From Deltaproteobacteria bacterium (GTDB lineage Bacteria > Myxococcota_A > Polyangia > Polyangiales > Ga0077539), in the NCBI GenBank assembly GCA_947477565.1, contig CANJUR010000008.1, positions 14,265 to 78,264 on the forward strand: a DNA stretch of 64,000 nucleotides, written 5' to 3'. The position numbers and the translations under genes were made by a program. The notes beneath the pieces are model-generated. The model did not search any database and was not told the DNA's origin. It was given only the letters and a program-made list of their open reading frames with translations. The stretch's first letter is position 1. Each line of letters begins with the position of its first letter. Below, in pieces: positions 39,211 to 48,983 of the stretch.

Positions 39211-40947
39211 TCAGCGCGGAAACTGCCTCATGGCGATACCGGCGCCGACGCCCGCCTCCCACGCCACGACGAAGCGATCGCCCATGGGCCCACCGAAGGC
39301 CGCCGCGGGCGCACGCTGTGCGGGTGTCGCATCGCTCACGAGGAAGTCCGCGGTGGTGCCGCCGAGCCGCGCAAACCCGTCGCGGTCGTCGGCGCGACGA
39401 ACCCGCCCACGAATGGCCCCGGTGGCTTCGTCTTCCCACACCAGAAGCAGGGTTGAAGGCGTTCCGGGTGCAATCGCCACTGCGGGGTGTGACTGCCCAC
39501 CGGCCGTCGTCGTGTTGATCACCGCGGCAACGCCCATCACGGTCAGCGCGGCATCCAGTCGCACCCAACGGATGGACGTCGCCTCCATGTCTGCCGCATC
39601 GCGCGTCGCGTCGCGCCACGCCACCACCATGCCGCCCTCCGGAAGCGCCGCGGCGGTGGGCTGATCTTGCGTCTCCGTGGCGCTCGGATTGACCCGCACC
39701 GCCGCCGCCATGGGCATCCCCATCGCCGTAAGGCGGCGCGCGAAGATGTCTCCGTCGGCCGACCACACCAGCGCGAACGTGCCGTCGCTCAGGGCCACCG
39801 CGCGGGGATCGCTGATCGCTCCGTCAGCCACCGCCACGGGCGTCGTTGCAGGGCCGACGAGCGGTCGCGCGAGCGGCGCAAACGTCGAGGCTCGCAGTCC
39901 CACCATGGGCTCGCTCCAGGCGAGCAGGAGTCGATCGGCGCTCGCCGCGAGGGTGGGCGTCAGGCGTCGCCCGCCGGACATCGGCAGCACCCCGCTGCCC
40001 CCCGGCGGATCGTCATTGAACATCTGCGCCGCCACGTTGCCCGGCGTCTCCTGCAGGGTCTCCCAGGCACCGGCGAAGCCCTGGAGCGTCGCAGTCGTCG
40101 CGAGGGTCAGCACCGGGGCGGTCTGCGAGCTTGCGCCGCTGCCCAGCACCACGTCGTTGCGCAGCGCACCGAAGGTCGTCTCCGGGCTGCCGTCGGCGGA
40201 GAAGTACCGCGCCTTCACTTCTTCGCTCGGAACGTTCTCCACGTGCCACGCCACCACGAGGCGATGGCCCATCGGCCAGACCACCGCAGGGTGCCGCTGG
40301 AGCCCTGCGGCGTCGGTGTTCACGCGCACTACCGGGGTCTGGCACCGCGTCGAGCAGGCGCCGCCATCCATGTTGGCCGCACCGAGGTCACACACCTCGT
40401 CGAAGTCGAGCGTGCCGTCGCCGCAGCGGCCCACCGGGCGCTGCTCACGAACCACCACCGTCGCGCTCTGCTGCTGCCCTGCTGCCACGGTCACCTCCGC
40501 GCAGCCGGAGCCGAGAATCTCGCTGCGGGTGGTTCCGTCGGGCAGGGGCAGGTTGCCCTGGCCATGGACGAGGGCGATGTAGGTGCCGGGGGAGTTGATG
40601 GCGACGGTGGTCGGCTCCGCCGCGCTGAAGCAGGTGTCCACGGGGGAGGCCGTACCGAAGCGCCCGGACTCCGTCGCCCAGCCGATGCCGCAGCGCACCG
40701 CGGGGGTGACGTCGCGGCCGGGTAGGGCAGCGAGCACCCGCAGCCCCGCCGCGTCGCGAACCTGCCCCGAGGAGGCATCGCAGCGCAGCGCGCCCTTCGG
40801 GAATACCCGAAGGTGTAACGGACCGATGAGGTCGGAGAGCATCAACTGGTCGAGGGAGACCTGCAGCGGCGGCGGCATGGGCTCGCCTCCGCACGCCGAG
40901 AGCACCACCATCACCGCCAGGGACCATCGCGAGGATTGCTTCTGCAT
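39211..40947 (-). CDS. lipoprotein with a myxococcal cysteine-rich repeat and about seven W-centred beta-propeller-like repeats
   Basis: Lipobox VVLSAC. CGDGTLDFDEVCDLGAANMDGGACSTRCQ resembles the CGDG...E.CD.G..N...C...C repeat. About seven segments have the pattern (H/Q)P(A/T)xA...hhh(A/V)W...(A/I)RR(F/L). Its stop lies 4 bp from the stop of the convergent Cys-rich gene. Confidence 0.7.
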   Translation of the reverse strand: MQKQSSRWSLAVMVVLSACGGEPMPPPLQVSLDQLMLSDLIGPLHLRVFPKGALRCDASSGQVRDAAGLRVLAALPGRDVTPAVRCGIGWATESGRFGTASPVDTCFSAAEPTTVAINSPGTYIALVHGQGNLPLPDGTTRSEILGSGCAEVTVAAGQQQSATVVVREQRPVGRCGDGTLDFDEVCDLGAANMDGGACSTRCQTPVVRVNTDAAGLQRHPAVVWPMGHRLVVAWHVENVPSEEVKARYFSADGSPETTFGALRNDVVLGSGASSQTAPVLTLATTATLQGFAGAWETLQETPGNVAAQMFNDDPPGGSGVLPMSGGRRLTPTLAASADRLLLAWSEPMVGLRASTFAPLARPLVGPATTPVAVADGAISDPRAVALSDGTFALVWSADGDIFARRLTAMGMPMAAAVRVNPSATETQDQPTAAALPEGGMVVAWRDATRDAADMEATSIRWVRLDAALTVMGVAAVINTTTAGGQSHPAVAIAPGTPSTLLLVWEDEATGAIRGRVRRADDRDGFARLGGTTADFLVSDATPAQRAPAAAFGGPMGDRFVVAWEAGVGAGIAMRQFPR

Positions 40948-40997
40948 CGTCGCCGTCGAGACTACCGCAGGTCGGGCGGCGGGTCTGAGGGTCTGCG

Positions 40998-41375
40998 GTG
41001 CTTCGGACGGAGGCGCCGGGCAGCGGGCGTGCTCCGACGGAAAGCGACGGCGAGACCCGCTTGCGTCCGAAGAGGTGGGGGTACCTCTTCAAGCGAGTCA
41101 ACGCATCGCCCGAAGAGGCGCGCCCTGCCGCGGCTCCGAAGGCCGACCTGGTCGCTCCCCTCGCCGCCCTCGCGGCCTCCACGCAAGACCTCGCACTCCA
41201 GCTTGTCGCGTTCGCCAACGACCGCAGCGCCGACCCTTCTCGTTGCGCCGAGGCCCGCGCTGCGCTTCGTCCCATCGACGTCCTGCGCGCGGCCAACGCC
41301 CGCCGCGTCGCCCACCGCGCGCCGGATGCCGAGTCCGCCCCCGCGGAGACCGACGCCCCCCTGCCCGCGGTCTGA
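40998..41375 (+). CDS. small hypothetical protein (Ala-rich, acidic C-terminus)
   Basis: This is the only frame in the 40948-41388 gap with strong GC3 bias. The GTG start is uncertain. No family recognised. Confidence 0.35.
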   Translation: MLRTEAPGSGRAPTESDGETRLRPKRWGYLFKRVNASPEEARPAAAPKADLVAPLAALAASTQDLALQLVAFANDRSADPSRCAEARAALRPIDVLRAANARRVAHRAPDAESAPAETDAPLPAV

Positions 41376-41388
41376 CCCAACCCCGCAC

Positions 41389-42075
41389 CTACAGAACCAA
41401 CTTGTATCCCCGCCCGTAGACCGTCTGGATGTGCTGCGGCCGATCGGGCGTCGTCTCGATTTTCTTGCGCAGCTTCACGATGAAGTTGTCCACCGCGCGG
41501 CTGTTGATGGCCTGCACGCCCCACACGCGGTCGAGGATGTCGTCGCGCCCGATGGCCTCCCCGGCGCGCTCGAGCATCAACCGCAGAAGCTCGACCTCGT
41601 AGGAGGTCAGCGCCTCTTCCTTGCCGTCGAGCACCACCACGTGGCCTGCGAGGTTGACCTCCGCGCGGCCGATGCGAACGGACGCCGGCGCGGTCGTCTC
41701 GCGCTCCACCCGGCGCAGCGCTGCGCGAACCCGCGCCGCCAGCTCGCCCAGGGAAAACGGCTTGGTCACGTAGTCGTCGGCCCCGGCGTCGAGTCCGCGA
41801 ATCTTGTCGCTGTCCTGGCTGCGCGCCGAGAGAATGAGGATGGGCACCGTGCGCGACCACCGCCGAAGCTGGATGCAGACCTCGTAGCCGTTGGTGTCCG
41901 GCAGCATCAGGTCGAGGAGTACGAGGTCGGGCGAGGCCGAGCGCGCCATCTCGATGCCCTGCCGCCCAGTCGGCGCGTGCACCACCCGGTAGCCCTCAAA
42001 CGCGAGCGCATCGGTGATGCCCAGCGCCATCGCGGGCTCGTCCTCCACCAGCAGGATCAACTTCTCGGGGTTCAT
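41389..42075 (-). CDS. OmpR/PhoB-family response regulator (orphan)
   Basis: MNPEKLILLVEDEP...DLVLLDLMLPDTNG...ILILSAR...DDYVTKPF, followed by a winged-helix domain (...TVYGRGYKLVL). I used the internal ATG at 42073-42075 of the 557-aa track ORF. No histidine kinase is adjacent. Confidence 0.9.
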   Translation of the reverse strand: MNPEKLILLVEDEPAMALGITDALAFEGYRVVHAPTGRQGIEMARSASPDLVLLDLMLPDTNGYEVCIQLRRWSRTVPILILSARSQDSDKIRGLDAGADDYVTKPFSLGELAARVRAALRRVERETTAPASVRIGRAEVNLAGHVVVLDGKEEALTSYEVELLRLMLERAGEAIGRDDILDRVWGVQAINSRAVDNFIVKLRKKIETTPDRPQHIQTVYGRGYKLVL

Positions 42076-42168
42076 GCGGACTTGCGCGCAACCTACTCGA
42101 AGGCCGGGTGGGGCTCCATCGCGGCGCGCGTTGACCCTTCGCACGACGACGTGCCATTCCCTCGGCCC

Positions 42169-43128
42169 ATGCGAAGCGACGCCCGCGCCGTGTACCCGGA
42201 GATCGAGGCCCACCACGTCGGCACCCTGCGGGTGTCGGCCCTGCACGAGCTCTACTACGAGGTCTCGGGCAACCCCGCGGGCAAGCCCGTGGTGTTTCTC
42301 CACGGCGGCCCCGGCGGCGGAAGCGACCCCCGCTACCGTCGCTTCTTCGACCCGGCGCGCTACCGCATCGTGATCTTCGATCAGCGCGGCAGCGGCCAGA
42401 GCACGCCGTACGCATCGCTCGAAGAGAACACCACCGCGCATCTCGTTCAGGACATGGAAACACTCCGCGCCCACCTCGGCATCGAGCGCTGGCAGGTCTT
42501 CGGCGGATCGTGGGGTAGCACCCTCGCCCTCGCCTACGCCCAGGCCCACCCCGCGCGGGTCACGGAACTCATCCTCCGGGGCATCTTCCTGCTGCGGCGC
42601 AAGGAGATTCAGTGGTTCTACCAGCACGGCGCAAGCGAGCTTTTCCCCGATGCGTGGGAGCGCTTCGTCGCGCCGATTCCCGAGGGCGAGCGCCACGACC
42701 TGGTGAGCGCCTACCACAAGCGCCTGACCGGCGATGATGCGCTCGAGCGCTCGCGCTGCGCCGTCGCGTGGAGCGTCTGGGAAGGCAGCACCAGCCGGCT
42801 CATCCCGGACCCGGACATGATCCGGCGCACCGGCGACGAGCACTTCGCCGAGGCCTTTGCGCGCATCGAGTGCCACTACTTCGTCAACCGGGGCTTCCTT
42901 CGCTCGGACGCACAGCTTCTCGAGGACGTTTCGCTCATGCGGCACATCCCCGGGGTGATCGTTCAGGGCCGCTACGACGTGGTGTGCCCGATGGACTCCG
43001 CCTGGGCGCTGCACCGCGCGTGGCCGGAGGCCGAGTTCATCGTGGTGCCCGACGCCGGCCACTCTGTGATCGAGCCAGGCACCACCCGCGCCCTGCTCGA
43101 CGCGACCGATCGCTTCGCGTCGCGTTGA
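42169..43128 (+). CDS. pip: prolyl aminopeptidase (proline iminopeptidase)
   Basis: The sequence LYYEVSGNPAGKPVVFLHGGPGGG...IVIFDQRGSGQS...GGSWGSTLALAYA is typical S33 Pip. Only the last 319 codons of the 730-aa track ORF are used. Confidence 0.92.
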   Translation: MRSDARAVYPEIEAHHVGTLRVSALHELYYEVSGNPAGKPVVFLHGGPGGGSDPRYRRFFDPARYRIVIFDQRGSGQSTPYASLEENTTAHLVQDMETLRAHLGIERWQVFGGSWGSTLALAYAQAHPARVTELILRGIFLLRRKEIQWFYQHGASELFPDAWERFVAPIPEGERHDLVSAYHKRLTGDDALERSRCAVAWSVWEGSTSRLIPDPDMIRRTGDEHFAEAFARIECHYFVNRGFLRSDAQLLEDVSLMRHIPGVIVQGRYDVVCPMDSAWALHRAWPEAEFIVVPDAGHSVIEPGTTRALLDATDRFASR

Positions 43129-43163
43129 CGGTAGGCGTCACCCCTCCCTAAGGTCACCCCACG

Positions 43164-43439
43164 ATGAACATCAAAAAGACCCTGCTCGCGCAGGCCATGA
43201 AGCTCGCGCAAAACCCCCGGGTGATGGAGGTCGTCACGCATCCGAAGGTGATGGAGGTCGCCATGCAGGCGATGGCTGCGCGGGCGCAGGTGACCACCAC
43301 GGTGAACGGCGCCACGAGGACCGTAGCGCGCAGCCTCAACCTCGCGACGCGCGACGAGGTGAAAGAACTCCGACGCACGATACGCAAGCTCGAAGAGGAG
43401 ATCGCGAAGAGCCGCGGAGATACGGGCGACAAGCGGTGA
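43164..43439 (+). CDS. small coiled-coil protein (phasin-like)
   Basis: The sequence is MNIKKTLLAQAMKLAQNPRVMEVV...LATRDEVKELRRTIRKLEEEIAKSR. It is 91 aa with good codon bias. Confidence 0.55.
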   Translation: MNIKKTLLAQAMKLAQNPRVMEVVTHPKVMEVAMQAMAARAQVTTTVNGATRTVARSLNLATRDEVKELRRTIRKLEEEIAKSRGDTGDKR

Positions 43440-44224
43440 GGTACCGCGCCGCGGGGGTGCTGCTGTGCGCGCTCAGCGGCTGTCACGCCCACGCCACGCC
43501 GACGATGCAAGCCACTGCGCGGCCGGAGTCGAGCGGGACGTACTCCTCCGGGAGCGGGTCACACACGGAGGGGCACGAGGCCACTCCGCGAGACCGGGAA
43601 GCGCCGCGCAGCAACGTGGCACCACCGACGACCACGAGCGCAGCGCAGCGTCGCTACGAGGAGGGCGTGGCGGCTGCGGGACAGCACGACTGGCAGGCGG
43701 CCGCGCGCGCCTTCAGCGATGCTTACGGCATCGAGCCATCAACGGAATTGGCTTTCAATACGGGCCGGATGTTTGAGCACCTCGCGGACTTCGAGCGTGC
43801 CAACGAGTGGTACCAGCGGGTGCTCACGAGCAATCCCACCGCGGCGGTACGCGCGCAGGTGACCGCACGGGTGGCCAACGTCGAGCGCGATGCGCAGCGC
43901 CGACGGGACGGCATCGCGCAGGCCGCGCCAGACGACGACGCGCTCTCCGCGGAGGCGTCGGTGTGGTTCGAGCGCGGGCTGCAGTTCTTTCGGCGGCACC
44001 ACTGGCGGGAGGCGCTGCAGTCCTTCGAGACGGCCAACCAGTTTGTGCAGAACTCCGGCGGCAACGTGGCCGAGTTGATGTTCAATCTAGGGGTGACGCA
44101 CGAGCACCTGGGGCACCGTGGCGAGGCCGAGGCGGCGTTTCGCTCTTACTTGAGCGCGCGCCCCGACTCGCACGACCGCGCGGAGATCGAGCAGCGCATC
44201 CAGCGGCTACGCCAGGAGCGCTGA
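43436..44224 (+). CDS. TPR-repeat lipoprotein
   Basis: The GTG start makes a GTGA overlap with the preceding gene. Lipobox LCALSGC. TPR-like segments occur (WQAAARAFSDAY..., FERANEWYQRVL..., WREALQSFETA..., GHRGEAEAAFRSYL). Confidence 0.7.
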   Translation: MRYRAAGVLLCALSGCHAHATPTMQATARPESSGTYSSGSGSHTEGHEATPRDREAPRSNVAPPTTTSAAQRRYEEGVAAAGQHDWQAAARAFSDAYGIEPSTELAFNTGRMFEHLADFERANEWYQRVLTSNPTAAVRAQVTARVANVERDAQRRRDGIAQAAPDDDALSAEASVWFERGLQFFRRHHWREALQSFETANQFVQNSGGNVAELMFNLGVTHEHLGHRGEAEAAFRSYLSARPDSHDRAEIEQRIQRLRQER

Positions 44225-44245
44225 GCTTCCCCGCGTCGGCGCGAG

Positions 44246-45322
44246 TCAGGTGCTTGGAGGAAGGGTCGCGTAGGCGGGAATCGGGCCGGTGAGTGCGCGA
44301 AGGAACGCTGCGATGCGCTGCACCTGCGGCGCCTCGAGGTCGCGGCCGAGTTGCACAGCGCCCATGGTGCGCACGGCGTCTTCGAGCGTCGTGGCGTGGC
44401 CGTCGTGAAACCAGGGACCGGTCTCCGCCACGTGCCGTAGCGTCGGAACCTTAAAGAAGTGCTGATCGGCGTCGCGGTGGGTGACGTTGAAGCGCCCCGC
44501 GTCGGCGGTGGTGAGGGGAGTCCCTCGCAGGGCGAAGTAGTCGCGCACGGCGCCCATCTTCTGGAAGGATCCGCCGCCGATGTTGATGCCGCTGTGACAG
44601 GCGGTGCAGCCGACGGACTCGAACAGCCGTGCACCTTCGCGTTGCTCGTCATTGAGTGCGAGGTCATCGCCGCGCAAGAATCGATCGACCGGCGCGGGCG
44701 TCACGAGCGCCTCTTCGTACACGGCGATGGCGTCGCGGATGTTGACGTCCGTGAGGCCTCCGCCGGGGTAGAGATCGCGGAAGGCGGCCACGTATTCCGG
44801 CGACCGGGCGAGCGTGGCGACGACGTTGGGCCACGTGTTGCCCATCTCACCGGGGTTGGCCACCGGCCCGGCGGCCTGCGCTCGTAGGTCAGCCGCGCGC
44901 CCATCCCAGAACTGCACAAAGTTGTATCGGGAGTTGAAGACCGTGGGCGAGTTGATCGGCCCGACTTGTCCGTGCACTCCAAGCGACGACACGCGCCGGT
45001 CGGTGCCACCGCGGTTGATGTCATGGCAGCTCGCACAGGAGAGTGTGTTGTCGATGGAGAGCGCGGTGTCGTGGAAGAGCTGCCGACCGAGCTCCATCTT
45101 GCGCTGGTCGAATTCAACATGCTCCGGGAGCGCCTGGAGCGACGCCCGAAGGCGACGAAGCTCGGCGGGAGTTTCGGGCTGCGTGGAGGGCTCTCGGTAC
45201 TCCGTCGCAGGGGCTCGAGCGCGGTCGGGATCACGGCTGCGATGACAGCCGACCAGTGAGAAAGTGCCCAGGGTGACGGCGACTAGCGCGCCGACCATAT
45301 GCAGAGTGGATTGGGGGCGCAT
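44246..45322 (-). CDS. di-haem cytochrome c peroxidase (CCP/MauG family) lipoprotein
   Basis: Two CxxCH motifs (CASCHD, CTACHS) and lipobox FSLVGC. The start is at MRPQSTLHMVG (ATG 45320-45322) within the 648-aa track ORF. Confidence 0.88.
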   Translation of the reverse strand: MRPQSTLHMVGALVAVTLGTFSLVGCHRSRDPDRARAPATEYREPSTQPETPAELRRLRASLQALPEHVEFDQRKMELGRQLFHDTALSIDNTLSCASCHDINRGGTDRRVSSLGVHGQVGPINSPTVFNSRYNFVQFWDGRAADLRAQAAGPVANPGEMGNTWPNVVATLARSPEYVAAFRDLYPGGGLTDVNIRDAIAVYEEALVTPAPVDRFLRGDDLALNDEQREGARLFESVGCTACHSGINIGGGSFQKMGAVRDYFALRGTPLTTADAGRFNVTHRDADQHFFKVPTLRHVAETGPWFHDGHATTLEDAVRTMGAVQLGRDLEAPQVQRIAAFLRALTGPIPAYATLPPST

Positions 45323-45342
45323 GTGGAGAAAGATGCTCCGGC

Positions 45343-47460
45343 TCAGGGCGCGGTTGCAGCCGGAGTTGGCGCCGACAGCACTCGGTATGGCGCCCGTGCG
45401 CGCGCCTCGCCAGCGTTGGCCACGCGCACCGTCAACGGACCCGTCTGCGCCCCATCGGGGATCTGACACTCGATGCTCGTCGGGGTCACCGCTGCGGTCG
45501 GACAGGTGAGCGCGCCGATGGTCACGCCGACCGTCGCGATGTCGCTTCCGAAGTTGCGCCCGCGAATGATGATGCGCGCGCCGGGTGCAGCCGCCGCCGG
45601 GACGACGGCCGTCACCACCGGCGGAACAGTGATCACGAAGGGCATCGGCGAGCTCACGGGCTGCCGACCGTCGGCCTCGACGGCAACGGTGCCGCCCCGT
45701 GCCGCGCGGGGGACGGTGAACACGATCTCGGTGGTGGAGTTGCGCGTCGGCCGGAGAACCTGCGGGCCAAGGCGCAGCGTGAGGCGCGCCGGGTCGGGCT
45801 CGAAGCCGGTTCCGTGCAGGGTCACCGTGGACCCGATCGGGCCTGCGGGCGGATCGACGGATTGCAGTTGCACGGGCTGCAAGACGAAGAACTCCTGCGG
45901 GGCCGTGCCGGTGCCCTGGAGCCGACCGATCACCTGAAAACGCCCTGTTTGCGCATCCCGGGGAATGGTCACGACGATGGCGTCGCGGGCATACGACTCC
46001 ATCGGGACTTCGGCTCCGTTGAGACGCACCGAGGCGAGCGAACGGTCCGCGGGGAAGTTGGTGCCGCGCAAGGTGACGCGGACCCCCGGGATGCCACGCT
46101 CGGGTTCGAGCGCGGTGATGTGCGGCCGCAGGGTGACCATGAATGGCTCCCGTGTACGGGCGTTGCCGCTCCCGGTCACGGCGACGGTCCACGCCCCGGA
46201 GCGAGCTCCCTCTGGGACCTCGACGACCAGCTCTGTCGGGGTCGCCGAGACGACGCGCGCGGCGATGGCGCCGAGCTGTACGGCGTTCTCGCCAGGAGTC
46301 AGGGAGAAGCCCGTCCCGGTCAGGGTTACGCGCTCGCCGATGTCGCCCGCGCGGGGGTCAACGCGCGCCAGGTTCACCGGCGACATTACCCGGAATTCCG
46401 TCGTGGAGAGCACGGGGCCGACGCCCCCCGCGGTCACTGCTACGTGTCCGCTGGTGGCTCCTTCGGGGATGGTCACCACAAGCTCCGTCGGCGCCGCGCT
46501 CACCACGGTGGCGTTGGTCGCGCCGAAGGCCACCGTCACCCTCGCGGCCTCGGTGCCGAAGTGGTTGCCCCGCAGCGTCACCCGCGCGCCGGGCGGTCCC
46601 GACGCGGGCTCCATCACGCGCACCATGGGCGCCGGGCCCACGAAGAGCCGCTGCGCCATCTCGTAGCGACCCGCGTTCGAAACCTCCACTGCCAGCGTGC
46701 CGGTCGTCGCGTCCACGGGGATCTCCACTTCGAGTTCCGTAGCCGTCGCGCGCACGACCCGCAAAGGACGCCCTCCGAGGGTGACGCGATCGAGCGCCGC
46801 CGTCGGCGAAAACCCAGCACCGCGCAGCACCACGCGTCCACCTGGCGCGATCGCTGCCGGGACCATCTCCCGTACACCGAGCCGCGCGCTCAAGGTCAGG
46901 TCACCGCCGCTGCGTGCCTCTCCGCCCGCCGTGCGCACGAACAACGGTCCACTCGTGGCACCGTCTGGGATGATCACCCGCAGTGATCCCGAATCACCCG
47001 CCCGCACGACCATCGGCAGGGTGCCCACTCGCACGGCGTTGTCCGACGGGCGCGCGGCGAAGTTCTCCCCGCGAATGGTGATCTCCATCCCTGGAGCAGC
47101 GCTCGACGGATCGACGCTTCGCACCACGGGCGGGGGCAGCCGTTCGGTGACCCGAAACGTCTCCGGCGATTCGGTCTCATCGGCGCCGAGTGCCAGCACG
47201 AAGCGACCGCTCTGGGCGTTGTCGGGAACTGCCACGGTGATGCGCTCAGGCAGCACCTCGGTCGGCGTCAGGGGTCGCTCGTTGAAGAGCACCCGCAGCC
47301 CCCGGGAGAACCCCCTTCCCTCGATGCGCACCCGCGTCCCTGGCGGTCCAGCGGTCGGCACGATGCGTTCGATCATCGGCCGCGTCTGCGCGGACACCAC
47401 CGTTGCCTGCGTACAGGCCAGCAACACTCCCACGGCGCTCACGCGCGCTCCGATTCTCAT
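45343..47460 (-). CDS. secreted protein of eight tandem IPT/TIG domains
   Basis: Signal peptide MRIGARVSAVGVLLACTQATVVSAQ. There are eight repeats of about 85 aa, each opening with (V/I)xxhxP..G.pG..hxhxGxxF (for example IVPTAGPPGTRVRIEGRGF and VTAVVPAAAAPGARIIIRGRNF). Confidence 0.8.
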   Translation of the reverse strand: MRIGARVSAVGVLLACTQATVVSAQTRPMIERIVPTAGPPGTRVRIEGRGFSRGLRVLFNERPLTPTEVLPERITVAVPDNAQSGRFVLALGADETESPETFRVTERLPPPVVRSVDPSSAAPGMEITIRGENFAARPSDNAVRVGTLPMVVRAGDSGSLRVIIPDGATSGPLFVRTAGGEARSGGDLTLSARLGVREMVPAAIAPGGRVVLRGAGFSPTAALDRVTLGGRPLRVVRATATELEVEIPVDATTGTLAVEVSNAGRYEMAQRLFVGPAPMVRVMEPASGPPGARVTLRGNHFGTEAARVTVAFGATNATVVSAAPTELVVTIPEGATSGHVAVTAGGVGPVLSTTEFRVMSPVNLARVDPRAGDIGERVTLTGTGFSLTPGENAVQLGAIAARVVSATPTELVVEVPEGARSGAWTVAVTGSGNARTREPFMVTLRPHITALEPERGIPGVRVTLRGTNFPADRSLASVRLNGAEVPMESYARDAIVVTIPRDAQTGRFQVIGRLQGTGTAPQEFFVLQPVQLQSVDPPAGPIGSTVTLHGTGFEPDPARLTLRLGPQVLRPTRNSTTEIVFTVPRAARGGTVAVEADGRQPVSSPMPFVITVPPVVTAVVPAAAAPGARIIIRGRNFGSDIATVGVTIGALTCPTAAVTPTSIECQIPDGAQTGPLTVRVANAGEARARAPYRVLSAPTPAATAP

Positions 47461-47497
47461 CGCATCGCCTCCAGGCCAAGCATCAGTCGGATCATGC

Positions 47498-48193
47498 TCA
47501 CGCCACGCCCGCGGTTGGCTCGTCGTCGCGGGCCCCCTCGGCGTGGTGCACGTCCGCCAGGTCATCAAAGATCTCATCCATCGGAACGTTTGAACCGCTC
47601 AGTGCCAGCACAGCGGCCACGAGGTGTTTGTTCGCCTCGTAGATGCGCAGCCAGTGCTGCCGCGCTGCCTCGAGCCCGGCTCCCTGCACGGGTCGCGCGC
47701 GAACGCGTTGGTCCGCGGCCAGGACGGCATCGAGGCCGTGCCGTGCACGGGAGATTTCGTCGCGCCAGTGTCCGTGTTCGCGCACCGGACCCCCCAGTTC
47801 GTCGAGCGAGCCGAGAACATGATCAAGCGCCGCGAGCATCCGCTGCGGGCCGCGCTGCGAGAGCGTCGATGCAGGCTCGACGAAGAACGCCCCATACGGG
47901 ACGCTCCCCGCCCGGTGCGACTCCAGGTGCCGGGCGAATCGCACGATGACCTCGCGCGCCTCCGCCAGCGGTACCTCCCGCGCGACCGTGGCCTGATGAA
48001 GTTCCGGGTCTACCGAGCGAGCCTGGTGCAACTGCTGGGCGACAGTGTCCGTGGCCACCCGCAGCGCGGTCACCGCGAGGTGGAGCGCCGGGTCGAACTC
48101 GCGCAGCCGGCCCGCGAGGTGGTGCGCGATCTGCTCAATCGCATACTCACCATAGATCCGTGTCTCGTCGAAATCGATGCACGCGTCCGCCAT
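47498..48193 (-). CDS. hypothetical helical protein
   Basis: 231-aa ORF with good GC3 bias and no signal peptide. It ends 37 nt upstream of the IPT/TIG gene start on the same strand. No family recognised. Confidence 0.6.
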   Translation of the reverse strand: MADACIDFDETRIYGEYAIEQIAHHLAGRLREFDPALHLAVTALRVATDTVAQQLHQARSVDPELHQATVAREVPLAEAREVIVRFARHLESHRAGSVPYGAFFVEPASTLSQRGPQRMLAALDHVLGSLDELGGPVREHGHWRDEISRARHGLDAVLAADQRVRARPVQGAGLEAARQHWLRIYEANKHLVAAVLALSGSNVPMDEIFDDLADVHHAEGARDDEPTAGVA

Positions 48194-48374
48194 AGCCGCG
48201 GAGGATTCTTCCTCCTCCCGGCCCTTGTAAAGACCTCAGCACCGAACGTCCTCCGCGAATCGCGGCGCTGTAAGTCCACGAGGACGCGGCACGTTCTGCG
48301 CGTCGAGATGCACCGAAGACGCAACCCCGTTGCCTTGAGCGCCTCCGCGCTTCCGTCGCGCGTGGATTGCGCCT

Positions 48375-48983
48375 ATGTTGTTTCGGAGTCGTTGCCCTAT
48401 GGTCCTGATCGCGCCCTCCGCCGAGGAAAAGGCCCTCGTCGAGGCTGCCCAGGGCGGCGACGTAGAGGCCATTCGCGCGCTCCTCGACCGGGTGTCCCGG
48501 CCGCTGTACGCGGCGGTCATACTGCCGCGCATCGGCATCGCCGCGGACGCCGAGGACATTCTCCGCGAGACACTTCTCCGCGCCATCGATCGTCTGCACA
48601 CGTTCCACTGGACCGGGGCCGGATTCTTCCCGTGGCTGAGACAGATCGCGATCCACCAGGTGATCGATCACGTGCGCCGGGTGCAGCGACGCACACGCCT
48701 CGAGGAGCGCTTCGAGCGGCATGCGGCGGACGTGACGCCCATGCACCTCGCCGGGGCCGAGGAGTCGCTCATCGATCAGCAGGAGCGGGCCCTCTCGCTG
48801 AAGACCATGAGCGTCGCGATGGACGCCCTGAATGACCGGTATCGGGCGGCCATCACCCTGCGCCTGCTGGAAGAGAAGAGCCGCGAAGCGTGCGCGGAGG
48901 CGCTCGGCGTGACCCTCGGCAACTTCGACGTGATCCTGCACCGCGCGTTGGCGGCGCTAAGAAAGGCCTATGGTGTGCGATGA
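48375..48983 (+). CDS. ECF-type RNA polymerase sigma factor
   Basis: Sigma-70 region 2 (DAEDILRETLLRAIDRLHTF...FFPWLRQIAIHQVIDHVRR) and region 4 (LNDRYRAAITLRLLEEKSREACAEALGVTLGNFDVILHRALAALRKAY) are present. ATG 48399 is an alternative start. Confidence 0.88.
   Translation: MLFRSRCPMVLIAPSAEEKALVEAAQGGDVEAIRALLDRVSRPLYAAVILPRIGIAADAEDILRETLLRAIDRLHTFHWTGAGFFPWLRQIAIHQVIDHVRRVQRRTRLEERFERHAADVTPMHLAGAEESLIDQQERALSLKTMSVAMDALNDRYRAAITLRLLEEKSREACAEALGVTLGNFDVILHRALAALRKAYGVR

Noticed and set aside
40936-43062. Mutually antisense long ORFs 40936-43128 (+, 730 aa) and 41389-43062 (-, 557 aa)
   Set aside because: Only the C-terminal 319 aa (Pip) and 228 aa (OmpR-type regulator) respectively carry family signatures. 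The remaining parts are each antisense to the other real gene.
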